A DNA stretch of 64,000 bases from Faecousia sp. (GCA_045653785.1 JAZOMH010000028.1:1736-65735), one strand, 5' to 3'; positions 1-10,151 are shown, counted from the stretch's first letter. Notes: generated by a model from the letters alone, not told the origin. Translations and numbers: made by a program.

Positions 1-438
1 CGCTTTGAGGAAGTGCGCCGCATTGAGGCCATGAACCCGGAAGAGAAGTTTGCATTCTTCCAGGCAGAGCTTTCTAAGTGCATCCGCTGCAACGCCTGCC
101 GGAATGTCTGCCCCGCCTGCTCCTGCCGCAAGTGCGTCTTTGACAGCACCAAGTTTGACAGCGCACAGAAGGCAAATGTGGACACCTTTGAAGAAAAGAT
201 GTTCCATATCATTCGCGCCTTCCATGTGGCAGGCCGCTGCACCGACTGCGGCGAATGCAGCCGTGTGTGTCCCCAGGGCATCCCGCTGCACCTGTTCAAC
301 CGCAAGTTTATCAAGGACATCAACACCCTCTACGGTGAGTACCAAGCAGGTAGCGACCCCGAAGCAAGAGGTCCTCTGACCAGCTTCACCACCGAGGATG
401 CTGAGCCCAGCGTGGTAAGCCAGGGAGGTATCGTATGA
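1..438 (+). CDS. 4Fe-4S dicluster protein, FlxC/FdhB-like (5'-truncated by window edge)
   Basis: Two CxxCxxCxxxCP motifs (CIRCNACRNVCP, CTDCGECSRVCP); FHIIRAFHVAGRC signature; reading frame open from window start. Confidence 0.8.
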   Translation, partial: RFEEVRRIEAMNPEEKFAFFQAELSKCIRCNACRNVCPACSCRKCVFDSTKFDSAQKANVDTFEEKMFHIIRAFHVAGRCTDCGECSRVCPQGIPLHLFNRKFIKDINTLYGEYQAGSDPEARGPLTSFTTEDAEPSVVSQGGIV

Positions 439-1460
439 AGCGTATTGCATTAGATAACCTGCCCAAGCTCTACGCCGCCATTGGCGAAAAGCAGAGCCTG
501 TTCCTGCCGGTGAAGACTGCCGGTCAGACCAACTTCGGTCTGTGGACCGAAGATGCCCAGGTAGATCTGGGTACTTTGAAGACCGTCAAATCCGCTAAGG
601 ATGTGTTCTTCCCCCAAAGCGAGAACCTGTACACCTGCTACCGGGACGGCAAGAAGATCTCCATCGTTCCCGAAAAGCTAGAAGATGAGAGCTTCGTGGT
701 CCTTGGCATCAGGGGCTGCGATGTCCGGGGCATTCATGTACTGGATAAGGTATTCCTCGCCGACCCTGTGGACTCCTTCTACTGCGCCCGCCGCAAGCAT
801 GGCGTCATCATCTCTCTGGCCTGCGGCCAGCCGGAAGAAAGCTGCTTCTGTAAGGTCTTCGGTATCGACTGCGCTGAGCCCGAAGGCGACGTGGTTACCT
901 GGCTGACCCAGGACTACCTTTACTGGAAACCTGTTACCGAAAAGGGCGAAGCTCTCACCGCACAGGTAGCAGAGCTTCTGGAAGATACCGACGTGAAGGC
1001 TGTGGAAGATCAAAAGGCTGCCATCGCCAAGATCGTGGAGAAGCTTCCTTACGCCAACCTGTCCCTGGAGGGCTGGAACGGCGACGCGCTGAAAGCAAAG
1101 TTTGATTCTCCTGTGTGGGAACAGCTTTACAAGCCCTGTCTTGCCTGCGGTACCTGCACCTTTGTGTGCCCCACCTGCCAGTGCTACGACATTAAGGACT
1201 ACGACACCGGCAACGGCATCCAGCGGTATCGCTGCTGGGACAGCTGCATGTACTCTGACTTTACCATGATGGCCCACGGCAACAACCGTACCAGCCAACT
1301 GCAGAGATTCCGTCAGCGCTTCATGCATAAGCTGGTGTACTTCCCCGCCAACAATGACGGTATGTACTCCTGCGTCGGCTGCGGCCGCTGCGTGGATAAA
1401 TGTCCCAGCCATCTAAATATCGTCAAAGTTATCAAGGCTTTCGCAAAGGAGGGTCAATAA
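435..1460 (+). CDS. FlxB/AsrA-like 4Fe-4S subunit
   Basis: CLACGTCTFVCPTCQC, RCWDSC, RFRQRFMHK, CVGCGRCVDKCP motifs; 4-nt overlap with upstream gene. Confidence 0.85.
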   Translation: MKRIALDNLPKLYAAIGEKQSLFLPVKTAGQTNFGLWTEDAQVDLGTLKTVKSAKDVFFPQSENLYTCYRDGKKISIVPEKLEDESFVVLGIRGCDVRGIHVLDKVFLADPVDSFYCARRKHGVIISLACGQPEESCFCKVFGIDCAEPEGDVVTWLTQDYLYWKPVTEKGEALTAQVAELLEDTDVKAVEDQKAAIAKIVEKLPYANLSLEGWNGDALKAKFDSPVWEQLYKPCLACGTCTFVCPTCQCYDIKDYDTGNGIQRYRCWDSCMYSDFTMMAHGNNRTSQLQRFRQRFMHKLVYFPANNDGMYSCVGCGRCVDKCPSHLNIVKVIKAFAKEGQ

Positions 1461-2323
1461 TGCACGATCACGAATGTACCTGTCATCCCGGATATGTGCA
1501 CGACACCCTGGTTCCCCAGGTAGGTGTGATTACTGACATCCGTCAGGAAACACCGGACGTGAAGACCTTCCGGATCGAGCCTCCCCAGGGCGGCAAGTTC
1601 TTTGAGCACATGCCCGGCCAGTGCGCTATGATCTGCGTACCCGGTGTCAGCGAGGCAATGTTCTCCATCACCTCCTCTCCCACCAACAAGCTGTACCAGG
1701 AGTTTAGCATTAAGAAGTGTGGTGAGCTGACCGACTGCCTGCATTCTCTGCAGGTTGGCGACAACGTTACCGTCCGCGGACCCTACGGCAACCATTTCCC
1801 TGTGGAGACCGATGCGCTGCAGGGCAAGAATCTGCTGTTCATTGCCGGCGGTATCGCTCTGGCTCCTCTGCGCAGTGTCATCAACTATGTGCTGGACAAC
1901 CGCGCCGACTATGGCAAGGTGGATATCCTCTACGGTTCCCGCTCCGCAGACGATCTGGTTCAGCTCAAGGAGATCCAGGAAGTCTGGATGAAAACAGAGG
2001 GTGTGGACGTACACCTGACCATCGACCGGGAGCAGGAAGGCTGGGACGGCCATGTGGGCTTTGTCCCCTCCTATCTGCAGGAGCTGGCTTTTGACACCAA
2101 CCGCGTTGCTCTGCTTTGCGGTCCTCCGATCATGATCAAGTTCTGTCTGCAGGCGCTGCAGGAAATGGGCTTCAGTAAGGACCAGGTTTATACCACTTTG
2201 GAGCTGCGCATGAAGTGCGGTGTCGGCAAGTGCGGCCGCTGCAACATCGGCTCCAAGTACGTGTGCAAGGACGGCCCTGTATTCCGCTGCGACCAAATTG
2301 ACGAACTCCCCGCTGAGTATTAA
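1460..2323 (+). CDS. FlxA/AsrB-like FAD/NAD(P)H oxidoreductase with [2Fe-2S] tail
   Basis: RGPYGN, IAGGIALAP, LCGPPIM, MKCGVGKCGRC..VCKDGPVF; TAATG coupling with AAGGAGG RBS. Confidence 0.85.
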   Translation: MHDHECTCHPGYVHDTLVPQVGVITDIRQETPDVKTFRIEPPQGGKFFEHMPGQCAMICVPGVSEAMFSITSSPTNKLYQEFSIKKCGELTDCLHSLQVGDNVTVRGPYGNHFPVETDALQGKNLLFIAGGIALAPLRSVINYVLDNRADYGKVDILYGSRSADDLVQLKEIQEVWMKTEGVDVHLTIDREQEGWDGHVGFVPSYLQELAFDTNRVALLCGPPIMIKFCLQALQEMGFSKDQVYTTLELRMKCGVGKCGRCNIGSKYVCKDGPVFRCDQIDELPAEY

Positions 2324-2346
2324 GCTGAGAAGAAAGGAAAAAGACA

Positions 2347-3021
2347 ATGGAAAACCTTGTTAATGTATATTTCTTTGGCAAGCGCTACCAGGTACCCAGT
2401 GATCTGACGATCATGACCGCAATGGAATATGCCGGCTATACCCTTACCCGGGGCTGCGGCTGCCGCCACGGCTTCTGCGGTGCCTGTGCTACCATTTATC
2501 GGATCAAAGGCTGCAACGAGCTTAAGACCTGCCTGGCTTGCCAGACCCAGGTTCAGGAGGGCATGTATATTGCGTCCATTCCCTTCTTCCCCACCGACAA
2601 GCGCGCATACAATATCGAGGATCTGAAGCCCAATCAGCAGGTGATGATGGAGCTGTATCCCGAGATCTACAGCTGTATTGGCTGTAACGCCTGTACCAAG
2701 GCATGTACCCAGAGCCTGAATGTTATGCAGTACATCGCCTACGCACAGCGTGGCGAGCTGGAAAAGTGCGCTGAGGAATCCTTCGACTGCGTCGGCTGTG
2801 GATGCTGCTCCGTCCGCTGCCCCGCCGAGATCTCCCACCCCATGGTGGGTCTGCTGGCCCGCCGCCTCACCGGTAAGTACATCGCTCCCGAAACCGGGCA
2901 TCTGAAAAACCGCGTTGAGGAAATCAACCGGGGTGAATACGATCAGCTGATTGAGCAGATTATGCAGAAGCCTATCACCGAGATGCAGGAACTGTATAAC
3001 ACCCGGGAAATCGAGAAGTAA
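2347..3021 (+). CDS. Succinate dehydrogenase/fumarate reductase Fe-S subunit-like protein
   Basis: GCGCRHGFCGAC..CLACQ [2Fe-2S] motif plus two 4Fe-4S motifs. Confidence 0.75.
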   Translation: MENLVNVYFFGKRYQVPSDLTIMTAMEYAGYTLTRGCGCRHGFCGACATIYRIKGCNELKTCLACQTQVQEGMYIASIPFFPTDKRAYNIEDLKPNQQVMMELYPEIYSCIGCNACTKACTQSLNVMQYIAYAQRGELEKCAEESFDCVGCGCCSVRCPAEISHPMVGLLARRLTGKYIAPETGHLKNRVEEINRGEYDQLIEQIMQKPITEMQELYNTREIEK

Positions 3022-3033
3022 GGAGGGGTTACA

Positions 3034-4635
3034 ATGTTTACTGAAACTATGCTGGAATCCATCAAGAAGGTGGAAGCTACCCGTGCTGCCCGTATGGGCG
3101 TAGAACCCCGCCGTATGACTGCCGAAGAGAAAGACGAGCTTCTGAAGGCTTACCACCCCGACTACCGTGAGGCTGGCTTTGCTGAGATCAAGATCGGTCC
3201 CAACAAGGGTCAGAAGGCCCCCGTGGAGCTGACCCAGCTGCTTCACTCCAACAGCCGTCTGCTGAACGAGAAGATCGACCTGGAGAACCCCGCCTATGAT
3301 GTGGATGTTCTGGTCATCGGCGGTGGCGGCGCTGGTGCTTCTGCCGCCATCGAGGCCCATGAAGCCGGCGCAAATGTTATGATCGTTACCAAGCTGCGTA
3401 TCGGCGACGCCAACACCATGATGGCAGAAGGCGGCATCCAGGCAGCGGATAAGCCCAACGATTCCCCTGTGCAGCACTATCTGGATGCCTTCGGCGGCGG
3501 CCACTTTGCTGCCCGTCCCGAGCTGCTGCGCCGTCTGGTTATGGAAGCTCCCGACGCTATCCGGTGGCTCAACGACCTGGGCGTTATGTTCGATAAGGAA
3601 GAGGATGGCACCATGGTCACCACCCACGGCGGCGGTACTTCCCGTAAGCGTATGCACGCCTGCAAGGACTACTCCGGAGCAGAGATCATGCGTACCGTCC
3701 GGGACGAGGTTCTGAACCGCCAGATCCCCGTTGTGGAATTCACCTCCGCTGTGGAACTGGTAAAGGACGACAAGGGCCAGGTAGCAGGCGCAGTGCTGCT
3801 GAACATGGAGACCGGTGATTACGCAGTTGCCAAGGCAAAGACCGTCATCATCGCCACCGGCGGCGCAGGCAGACTGCACTACCAGGGCTTCCCCACCTCC
3901 AACCACTACGGCGCTACTGCTGACGGTCTGATCCTGGGCTACCGCGCCGGCGCACCCCTGTTGTACCAGGATACCATCCAGTATCACCCCACCGGTGTTG
4001 CTTATCCCAGCCAGCTGTTCGGCGCGCTGGTTACTGAGAAGGTCCGTTCCATCGGTGCAATGCTGGTTAACGTTGACGGCGAAGCCTTCATGCACCCCCT
4101 GGAGACCCGTGACGTTTCCGCAGCTTCTATCATCCGTGAGTGTTCCACCCGGGGCAAGGGTGTTCCCACGCCCTCCGGCTTTGGTATCTGGCTGGACACT
4201 CCCATGATCGAGCAGCTCCACGGTGAGGGCACTATCGAAAAGCGCATCCCCGCTATGCTGCGCATGTACCTGAACTATGGCATCGATATGCGTAAGCAGC
4301 CCATTCTGATCTACCCCACTCTGCACTACCAGAACGGCGGTCTGGAGATTGGCGGCGAGGGCTACACCAAGGCCATCCCCAACCTGCTGGTTGCCGGTGA
4401 AGCTGTTGGCGGCATTCATGGCCGTAACCGTCTGATGGGTAACTCCCTGCTGGACATCATCGTCTTTGGCCGTAATGCCGGTAAGGCTGCTGCCCGGAAG
4501 GCAAAGGAAGTGACCTTGGGCAAGATGAACCTGGACCACGTCCAGGCTTATGCCAAGGAATTGGAAAAGGCAGGTCTAACGGAGGAGGGCGTTTCTCCCC
4601 TGCTGTTGCCCAAGTACGCCCGCCACGAAAAGTAA
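3034..4635 (+). CDS. Fumarate reductase/succinate dehydrogenase/L-aspartate oxidase family flavoprotein
   Basis: VIGGGGAG, AEGGI, ATGGAG, QYHPTG, HYQNGG, GGIHGRNRLMGNSL. Confidence 0.85.
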   Translation: MFTETMLESIKKVEATRAARMGVEPRRMTAEEKDELLKAYHPDYREAGFAEIKIGPNKGQKAPVELTQLLHSNSRLLNEKIDLENPAYDVDVLVIGGGGAGASAAIEAHEAGANVMIVTKLRIGDANTMMAEGGIQAADKPNDSPVQHYLDAFGGGHFAARPELLRRLVMEAPDAIRWLNDLGVMFDKEEDGTMVTTHGGGTSRKRMHACKDYSGAEIMRTVRDEVLNRQIPVVEFTSAVELVKDDKGQVAGAVLLNMETGDYAVAKAKTVIIATGGAGRLHYQGFPTSNHYGATADGLILGYRAGAPLLYQDTIQYHPTGVAYPSQLFGALVTEKVRSIGAMLVNVDGEAFMHPLETRDVSAASIIRECSTRGKGVPTPSGFGIWLDTPMIEQLHGEGTIEKRIPAMLRMYLNYGIDMRKQPILIYPTLHYQNGGLEIGGEGYTKAIPNLLVAGEAVGGIHGRNRLMGNSLLDIIVFGRNAGKAAARKAKEVTLGKMNLDHVQAYAKELEKAGLTEEGVSPLLLPKYARHEK

Positions 4636-4705
4636 TACATTAAGACTGCAAGGAAGGAACGCCGTTCCTTCCTTACAGCCGTCTTAAGGAGATGTAGAAA
4701 ACAAC

Positions 4706-6025
4706 ATGGAATTTATTTCTAATCTTATCAATTTGAACCAGACCGGCACAGTTTTCCTGATGGCCTTTCTGATCTGCTTCATCGGTTACGCCTTGGGCGC
4801 TATTCAGTTCAAAGGTCTGAGCCTGGGCACTGCAGGCGTGTTCCTGTTTGCCCTGCTGTTCGGTTACCTGTGCACCCTGCCCGGTCTGCAGAACATTCCC
4901 ATTATCGGTAAGTTCTACATGGAAGGCGGCAGCGATGCCAAGATCGCCAGCTTCAAATTCATCTCCAACATTGGTCTTGTTCTGTTCGTCACTTCTGTTG
5001 GTTCCATTGCCGGTCCTATGTTCTTCCGGGATCTGAAGCGCAATGCCAAGACCTATGTGCCCATGGGTGCGCTGATCATCGCCATTGGCTCCCTGGTTAC
5101 CGCGCTGTTTGCTATGATCCCCGGTGTGGGTCCCGCTTACGCAACCGGCATTATGTCCGGTGCTCTGACCTCCACCCCCGCCTTCTCCGCCGCTAAGGAA
5201 ACTGCCGGTGAGATGCAGGGCCTTGTGGTGCTGGGTCAGGCCGTGGCTTACCCCTTCGGCGTTATCGGTGTCGTTCTGTTCGTGCAGATTATGCCCCGCC
5301 TGCTGAAGGTAGATATGGCGGAGCAGCGCGCGCTCATCGGTGCCGCCCCCGCTTCCAACCTCTCCGGCGATGCTGACGCTGCTGCCGACGCTGTTTCCGC
5401 CGATGTGGAAGAAAACAAGCCCGGAAAGAAGCGCATCACCCTGGACGGCTACGGCTTTGCTGCTTTCGGTCTTGCCATCGTGCTGGGTCTGCTGCTGGGC
5501 GCCATTAAGATCCCTCTCAGCGGCAGAGGCTACGCCGAGGGCGCTCCCACCTTCAGCCTGGGTATGACCGGCGGCCCGCTGATCATGAGTCTGATCCTGG
5601 CCCACTTTGGACACATCGGCCCCATTAGTATGAAGACGGATCTGAACGCGCTGAAGAGCTTCCGAGAGTTCGGTCTGATGCTGTTCCTGCTGGGCGCCGG
5701 CACAGAAGGCGGCGTGGTGCTGGTGGAGCAGATCAGCCAGTCCGAGCTTGGCGCTATGCTGGTGGTCTACGGCTTCCTGGCCGGCGTGGTCATCACCCTG
5801 ATCCCCATGGTGGTTGGCTACCTGTTCGCCCGCTATGCCTGCAAGCTGCCTCTGCTGAACAACCTGGGTTCCATCACCGGCGGCATGACCTCCACTCCCG
5901 CTCTGGGCACTTTGATCGGCGTTGCCGGTACCGACGATGTTGCGGGTTCTTATGCCGCAACTTACCCCGTCGCTCTGGTCCTGGTGGTTTTTGCCGCTCA
6001 GCTGATCAACACCCTCATAGTTTAA
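4706..6025 (+). CDS. AAE family (AspT/YidE/YbjL) antiporter, apparently lacking TrkA-C domains
   Basis: Duplicated GALTSTPA / GGMTSTPALG and AYPFG / ATYP motifs; many hydrophobic helices. Confidence 0.85.
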   Translation: MEFISNLINLNQTGTVFLMAFLICFIGYALGAIQFKGLSLGTAGVFLFALLFGYLCTLPGLQNIPIIGKFYMEGGSDAKIASFKFISNIGLVLFVTSVGSIAGPMFFRDLKRNAKTYVPMGALIIAIGSLVTALFAMIPGVGPAYATGIMSGALTSTPAFSAAKETAGEMQGLVVLGQAVAYPFGVIGVVLFVQIMPRLLKVDMAEQRALIGAAPASNLSGDADAAADAVSADVEENKPGKKRITLDGYGFAAFGLAIVLGLLLGAIKIPLSGRGYAEGAPTFSLGMTGGPLIMSLILAHFGHIGPISMKTDLNALKSFREFGLMLFLLGAGTEGGVVLVEQISQSELGAMLVVYGFLAGVVITLIPMVVGYLFARYACKLPLLNNLGSITGGMTSTPALGTLIGVAGTDDVAGSYAATYPVALVLVVFAAQLINTLIV

Positions 6026-6035
6026 TCTTATACTT

Positions 6036-6068
6036 AAAAAGCCCGACTGCATTGCGGCCGGGCTTTTT
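6036..6068 (+). terminator. Intrinsic terminator
   Basis: AAAAAGCCCG..CGGGCTTTTT hairpin after operon. Confidence 0.75.
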
Positions 6069-6080
6069 GCACCTTTTAAG

Positions 6081-6109
6081 TTGACGCAAGCCGCCCCCTG
6101 TGGTATACT
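6081..6109 (+). promoter_or_regulatory. Sigma-A promoter of asnA
   Basis: TTGACG-17-TATACT with TG extension. Confidence 0.7.
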
Positions 6110-6139
6110 AATTGCAACTTTTTCCCAGGAGGGCTTTTC

Positions 6140-7147
6140 ATGAATAAAGTTATTGTTCCCCAGGGCTATGCGCCCGTGCTGAACAGCTATGATCTTCAGC
6201 GTGCCATTGCTCTGACAAAAGAAATATTCCAGCAGGAATTCACCCAGAATCTACAGCTAAAACGGGTGTCTGCCCCCCTGTTTGTCCAGGCATCCTCCGG
6301 TCTGAACGACGATCTTTCCGGCAAGGAACGGGCAGTTTCCTTTGATGTGCCTGCCATCGGCGACCATGCACAGGTGGTCCATTCCCTTGCCAAGTGGAAG
6401 CGGGTAGCGCTGAAAAAATACGGCTTCGCCTGCCACGAGGGACTGTACACCGATATGAACGCCATTCGCCGGGACGAGGAGCTGGATAACATCCACTCCA
6501 TTTATGTGGACCAGTGGGACTGGGAACGGATCATCGAGAAAGAGGACCGCACCCCTGAGTACTTAAAGTCAACTGTCCAGTCCATTGTAGATGTGATCTG
6601 TGATGCAAGCGAGGCACTGAAGAAAGCCTTTCCCCAGATCAAGGTAGAATTGACCCGTCAGGTGAGCTTTATCACCTCCCAGGAGCTGGAGGACCTGTAC
6701 CCCAACGAAACGCCGGAACAGCGGGAGTACCTGTATGCCAAGGAGCATAAAACCGTATTCATTATGCAAATCGGTGATAAGCTACACTCCGGCACCCCCC
6801 ACGGCAACCGGGCACCGGACTACGACGACTGGACCTTGAACGGCGATATTATTTTTTGGAATGAACTCCTGGGCATTGCCTTCGAGATCTCGTCCATGGG
6901 CATCCGTGTGGATTCCGCTGCTCTTGACCGTCAGCTGACGGCTGCTGACTGCAACCATCGAAGGGAGCTTCCCTTTCATAAAATGCTGCTGGAAAACCGG
7001 CTGCCCCTTACCATCGGCGGCGGCATCGGGCAATCCCGCCTGTGTATGCTGCTGATCGGTTGCGCCCACATTGGTGAAGTCCAGACCAGCCTTTGGGACC
7101 GGGAGACCCGCCACACCTGCCGGGAAAACAACATTCCCCTGCTGTAA
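6140..7147 (+). CDS. asnA: Aspartate--ammonia ligase
   Basis: VHSLAKWKR, HSIYVDQWDWE, RAPDYDDW, TIGGGIGQSRL. Confidence 0.95.
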   Translation: MNKVIVPQGYAPVLNSYDLQRAIALTKEIFQQEFTQNLQLKRVSAPLFVQASSGLNDDLSGKERAVSFDVPAIGDHAQVVHSLAKWKRVALKKYGFACHEGLYTDMNAIRRDEELDNIHSIYVDQWDWERIIEKEDRTPEYLKSTVQSIVDVICDASEALKKAFPQIKVELTRQVSFITSQELEDLYPNETPEQREYLYAKEHKTVFIMQIGDKLHSGTPHGNRAPDYDDWTLNGDIIFWNELLGIAFEISSMGIRVDSAALDRQLTAADCNHRRELPFHKMLLENRLPLTIGGGIGQSRLCMLLIGCAHIGEVQTSLWDRETRHTCRENNIPLL

Positions 7148-7148
7148 T

Positions 7149-7181
7149 AAAAACCTCCGATGCGTTGCATCGGAGGTTTTT
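7149..7181. terminator. Bidirectional terminator between asnA and tRNA-Trp
   Basis: AAAAACCTCCGATGC-GTT-GCATCGGAGGTTTTT. Confidence 0.8.
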
Positions 7182-7182
7182 C

Positions 7183-7258
<76 letters not shown>

Positions 7259-7288
7259 ATATAGAAAAGGCAAAAGCCTTAGATTATG

Positions 7289-7365
7289 TGGTGGGCCCTC
7301 AGGGATTCGAACCCGGGACTATCCGGTTATGAGCCGGAGGCTCTAACCAACTGAGCTAAGGGCCC
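7289..7365 (-). tRNA. tRNA with CAT anticodon (probably Ile2; elongator Met not excluded)
   Basis: GGGCCCTTAGCTCAGTTGGTTAGAGC..GGCT-CAT-AACC..GGTTCGAATCC..ACCA. Confidence 0.9.
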
Positions 7366-7401
7366 ATAATTCTTGGGTGCCGGGGCACCGTCGCGTGTGC
7401 T

Positions 7402-7430
7402 ATTATACCACCCTACGCCCGCTCTGTCAA
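7402..7430 (-). promoter_or_regulatory. Consensus sigma-A promoter of the tRNA pair
   Basis: TTGACA-17-TATAAT on minus strand. Confidence 0.8.
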
Positions 7431-7648
7431 GGCTTTCTTTTGTAGGAAAAGCGAATATGTTCCCATTTATTGCGCTGTTACGAACGGCGTACACCAAAGC
7501 CGCCCTTTGCACAAGGGGGCTGTGGATTGTGTTTCCATCCAACTGCCCACATATGGTCATTCGACCGCTGGGACGAAAATGTATACCCGGTGGGCATGGC
7601 ATAAACAACTGTGGCACACTTCTTTAAGAAGTGTGCCACAGTCTAATA

Positions 7649-8635
7649 TCAGGATTCCTTATTCTCCGACAGCCGGCTGCGGCGGCGACGGCGCTGTGAA
7701 GGTGCTTTCTGCTCTGGGTCCGCCTTTTCTACCCGGCGGGCATAGGCAGCAGCTGCCTCAGATGTAGCCTCGTAGGTCAGTCTGCTGACACGCACCGTCC
7801 CATCCGGCTGCCCGGACAGACGCACCCGGATCAAAAACTTTCCATGCTCCGGACAAGTCGCCAAGTCCATATACCGATGTCCCGGCTGGGCAAACCATCG
7901 GGAACTCAACATCTGCCGACCGCAGGTGGGGCATTTATTTTCCGCCCCGGACATAGCGCTTAGCGCTGCCCGCTTGTCCGCATAATCGTAAAACACCTTG
8001 CGGCTGATGCACCCGGGAATCTCCGCGCCATGGAAGCCATCCACATGGCTCTTCAGCGCAGTCCCATACTCTTCCGCACCTTTTTTTAAGTCCAGTTTCG
8101 CGCAAATCAGCGCCGTATGGTAGGCATCGCCCAGTGCATCATGCGCAGGACGGCTGGCCTCAATACCAAAGATCTCCATGGCAGTCTTCAACGCCTTCTG
8201 GGATGTGGATCCGTCGGTCTGCGCATTGAAGATCATCTGTGCATTGTACCACCGGCTGACCCAATCGCCCGCAATGCCGTAGAGCTGCAGATTTTCCCTC
8301 AGGATGGTAATATCATCGAAGCCCCAGGTCAAAAAGATTACATTCTCACCGCACCAGCTACGAAATTTTTCCATAGCTTCCACCATAGGGATGCCTTCCT
8401 CCCGCAGACGGGATTCCTTAATCCCGGTAAGCTTGCTGACCCGGCGGTTCAAGCGCCGGTAGAATTTGGGTTTAATCAGCACCTGAAATTCATCCGCCAC
8501 CTGCTGGTCTTCCGTTACCCGCACCGCACCGATCTGAATAATTTCACCGCGAATCTGCACCGGCAGCACCTTCCGTGCCGAAGGTGAACCGGGCCAGGGC
8601 TGATTCCATTCCATATCCAAAACGATATAATCCAT
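7649..8635 (-). CDS. DEDDh 3'-5' exonuclease (KapD/ERI1-like) with C-terminal Zn-ribbon
   Basis: VLDMEWNQ, EIIQIGAV, HDALGDA; CPTC..CPEHG; start placed at MDYIV. Confidence 0.8.
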   Translation of the reverse strand: MDYIVLDMEWNQPWPGSPSARKVLPVQIRGEIIQIGAVRVTEDQQVADEFQVLIKPKFYRRLNRRVSKLTGIKESRLREEGIPMVEAMEKFRSWCGENVIFLTWGFDDITILRENLQLYGIAGDWVSRWYNAQMIFNAQTDGSTSQKALKTAMEIFGIEASRPAHDALGDAYHTALICAKLDLKKGAEEYGTALKSHVDGFHGAEIPGCISRKVFYDYADKRAALSAMSGAENKCPTCGRQMLSSRWFAQPGHRYMDLATCPEHGKFLIRVRLSGQPDGTVRVSRLTYEATSEAAAAYARRVEKADPEQKAPSQRRRRRSRLSENKES

Positions 8636-8717
8636 TGACTGCAACCTCAGTTTCTGTTTCCTGCTGTATATCATATCACATCACCGCAGGCTCTGTAAAC
8701 CTTTAGTTGCAATTTGT

Positions 8718-9323
8718 TTATTTTTTCGAAAGCATTTCCTTCTTGTCCAGCACGCCCTCCTGCCAGCCGGCTTCCTTTCCGCAAACCGGGCAGGGATCGC
8801 AGGCCCGGATACCCTCATAGGTGTAGCCGCAGTTAATACAGCGCCACTTTACAGGACTCTCTTTTTCTGTCAGTGTGCCACTGACAAGCTGCTCATGCAG
8901 GGAGCGAAACACATTATGGTGTACTCCCTCGATCCGGGCAATCTGCATCCACAGTCGGGCAGTATCGTCATGCCCCTCCCGTCTCGCCATTTCCGCAAAC
9001 CCGGGATAAGCCTCGTCATGCTCTTCCAGTTCCCCCTGAGCAGCATATTGCAGATTCTCTGCAGTAGTACCGATCTGGAACGGGTAACCGGCAGACAGAT
9101 CGATATTGGGTGCGCATCCGCCCAACTTTTGCAGATGCTCCAAAAATTCCTCTGCATGGACCGCCTCATTATCAGCCGTTTCCTCAAAAATCCGTGCAAT
9201 CCACTCGTAGCCCTCTTTGCGGGCTACCTGGGCATAGACAGTATAACGGGTACGGGCCTGGGATTCTCCTGCAAAAGAGCGGGCAAGGTTAAGGACCGTT
9301 TCATTTCTAGACGCTTGTTCCAT
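8718..9323 (-). CDS. Rubrerythrin family protein
   Basis: FAGESQARTRY, EAVHA, EGVHH, WRCINCG..CPVC. Confidence 0.85.
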   Translation of the reverse strand: MEQASRNETVLNLARSFAGESQARTRYTVYAQVARKEGYEWIARIFEETADNEAVHAEEFLEHLQKLGGCAPNIDLSAGYPFQIGTTAENLQYAAQGELEEHDEAYPGFAEMARREGHDDTARLWMQIARIEGVHHNVFRSLHEQLVSGTLTEKESPVKWRCINCGYTYEGIRACDPCPVCGKEAGWQEGVLDKKEMLSKK

Positions 9324-9528
9324 TTTTGCATCCTCCTTTTCAAAATTGAGAATACCCATTTATTTCATCCCTTATACTTATGCGCACTAGCCACGGTGTC
9401 AACTTTGCACCACTTTTTTGCCGTATGATATATCTTTCACTTTATCTGGCATTACTTTTATTGTTTATTTTGGGTCTTTTTTTATTGCCAGTTTGTGTTA
9501 TACTGTTTTCAGTTAAGGAGGAGCCGTT

Positions 9529-10116
9529 ATGAAAAAACAACTGTTCACAACCAAAAAAATTGTCATCACCGCACTTCTTGCCGCCCTGACGGTAGCCGGG
9601 TCTGCCCTACGGATCAAGGTCCCTGCTGACATTGTGGGTACCTCTGCCTTCCATCTGGGAAATATTATGTGTTCCCTGTCAGGAATTCTCTTAGGCCCCT
9701 GGCTGGGCGGGTTGGCTGCCGGCCTGGGTTCTGCCATTTATGATATGTTAGATCCTGTGTACATCTCCGAATGCTGGCTGACATTCCTGACGAAGGGCGC
9801 TTACGGTTTGGTCGCCGGTCTTGTGGCATGGAATCTGGGCAAAAAGCCCTGGAATGCATGCTGCCGCCGCAGCTATGTGAAGGCTTTCTTCGCTGCCACC
9901 GCCGGCGCTCTGACTTACGCCGGGCTTTATTTAGCTAAGAGCTATTTCTACAGCGGACTGCTGATCCACGGTCTGACCCCCGAAGCGGCATTGGTCAGCG
10001 TAGTCGGGAAATTACCGGCTACCACCTTCAACGCAGCAGTCGCCATGATCGGCGCTCCCATCCTTGCTACGGCCATCTGCAAGGCTTTGGGGAAAGCGCA
10101 TCTTTCTTTAGAATAA
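9529..10116 (+). CDS. ECF transporter S component (PdxU2/HmpT-like, substrate uncertain)
   Basis: ALLAAL N-terminal helix, FHLGN, GLGSAIYD; hydrophobic. Confidence 0.8.
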   Translation: MKKQLFTTKKIVITALLAALTVAGSALRIKVPADIVGTSAFHLGNIMCSLSGILLGPWLGGLAAGLGSAIYDMLDPVYISECWLTFLTKGAYGLVAGLVAWNLGKKPWNACCRRSYVKAFFAATAGALTYAGLYLAKSYFYSGLLIHGLTPEAALVSVVGKLPATTFNAAVAMIGAPILATAICKALGKAHLSLE

Positions 10117-10151
10117 CAAAATCCGGCTGACAGTTCTGTCAGCCGGTATTT

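Noticed and set aside
678-6052. Long antisense ORFs (678-1412, 1454-2347, 2320-4539, 4673-6052)
   Set aside because: Shadow frames of GC-rich, codon-biased plus-strand genes; no recognisable motifs
9440-9500. CTGGCA..TGCCAG inverted repeat upstream of the ECF S component as an operator or riboswitch
   Set aside because: Too short to assign; no recognisable aptamer or terminator
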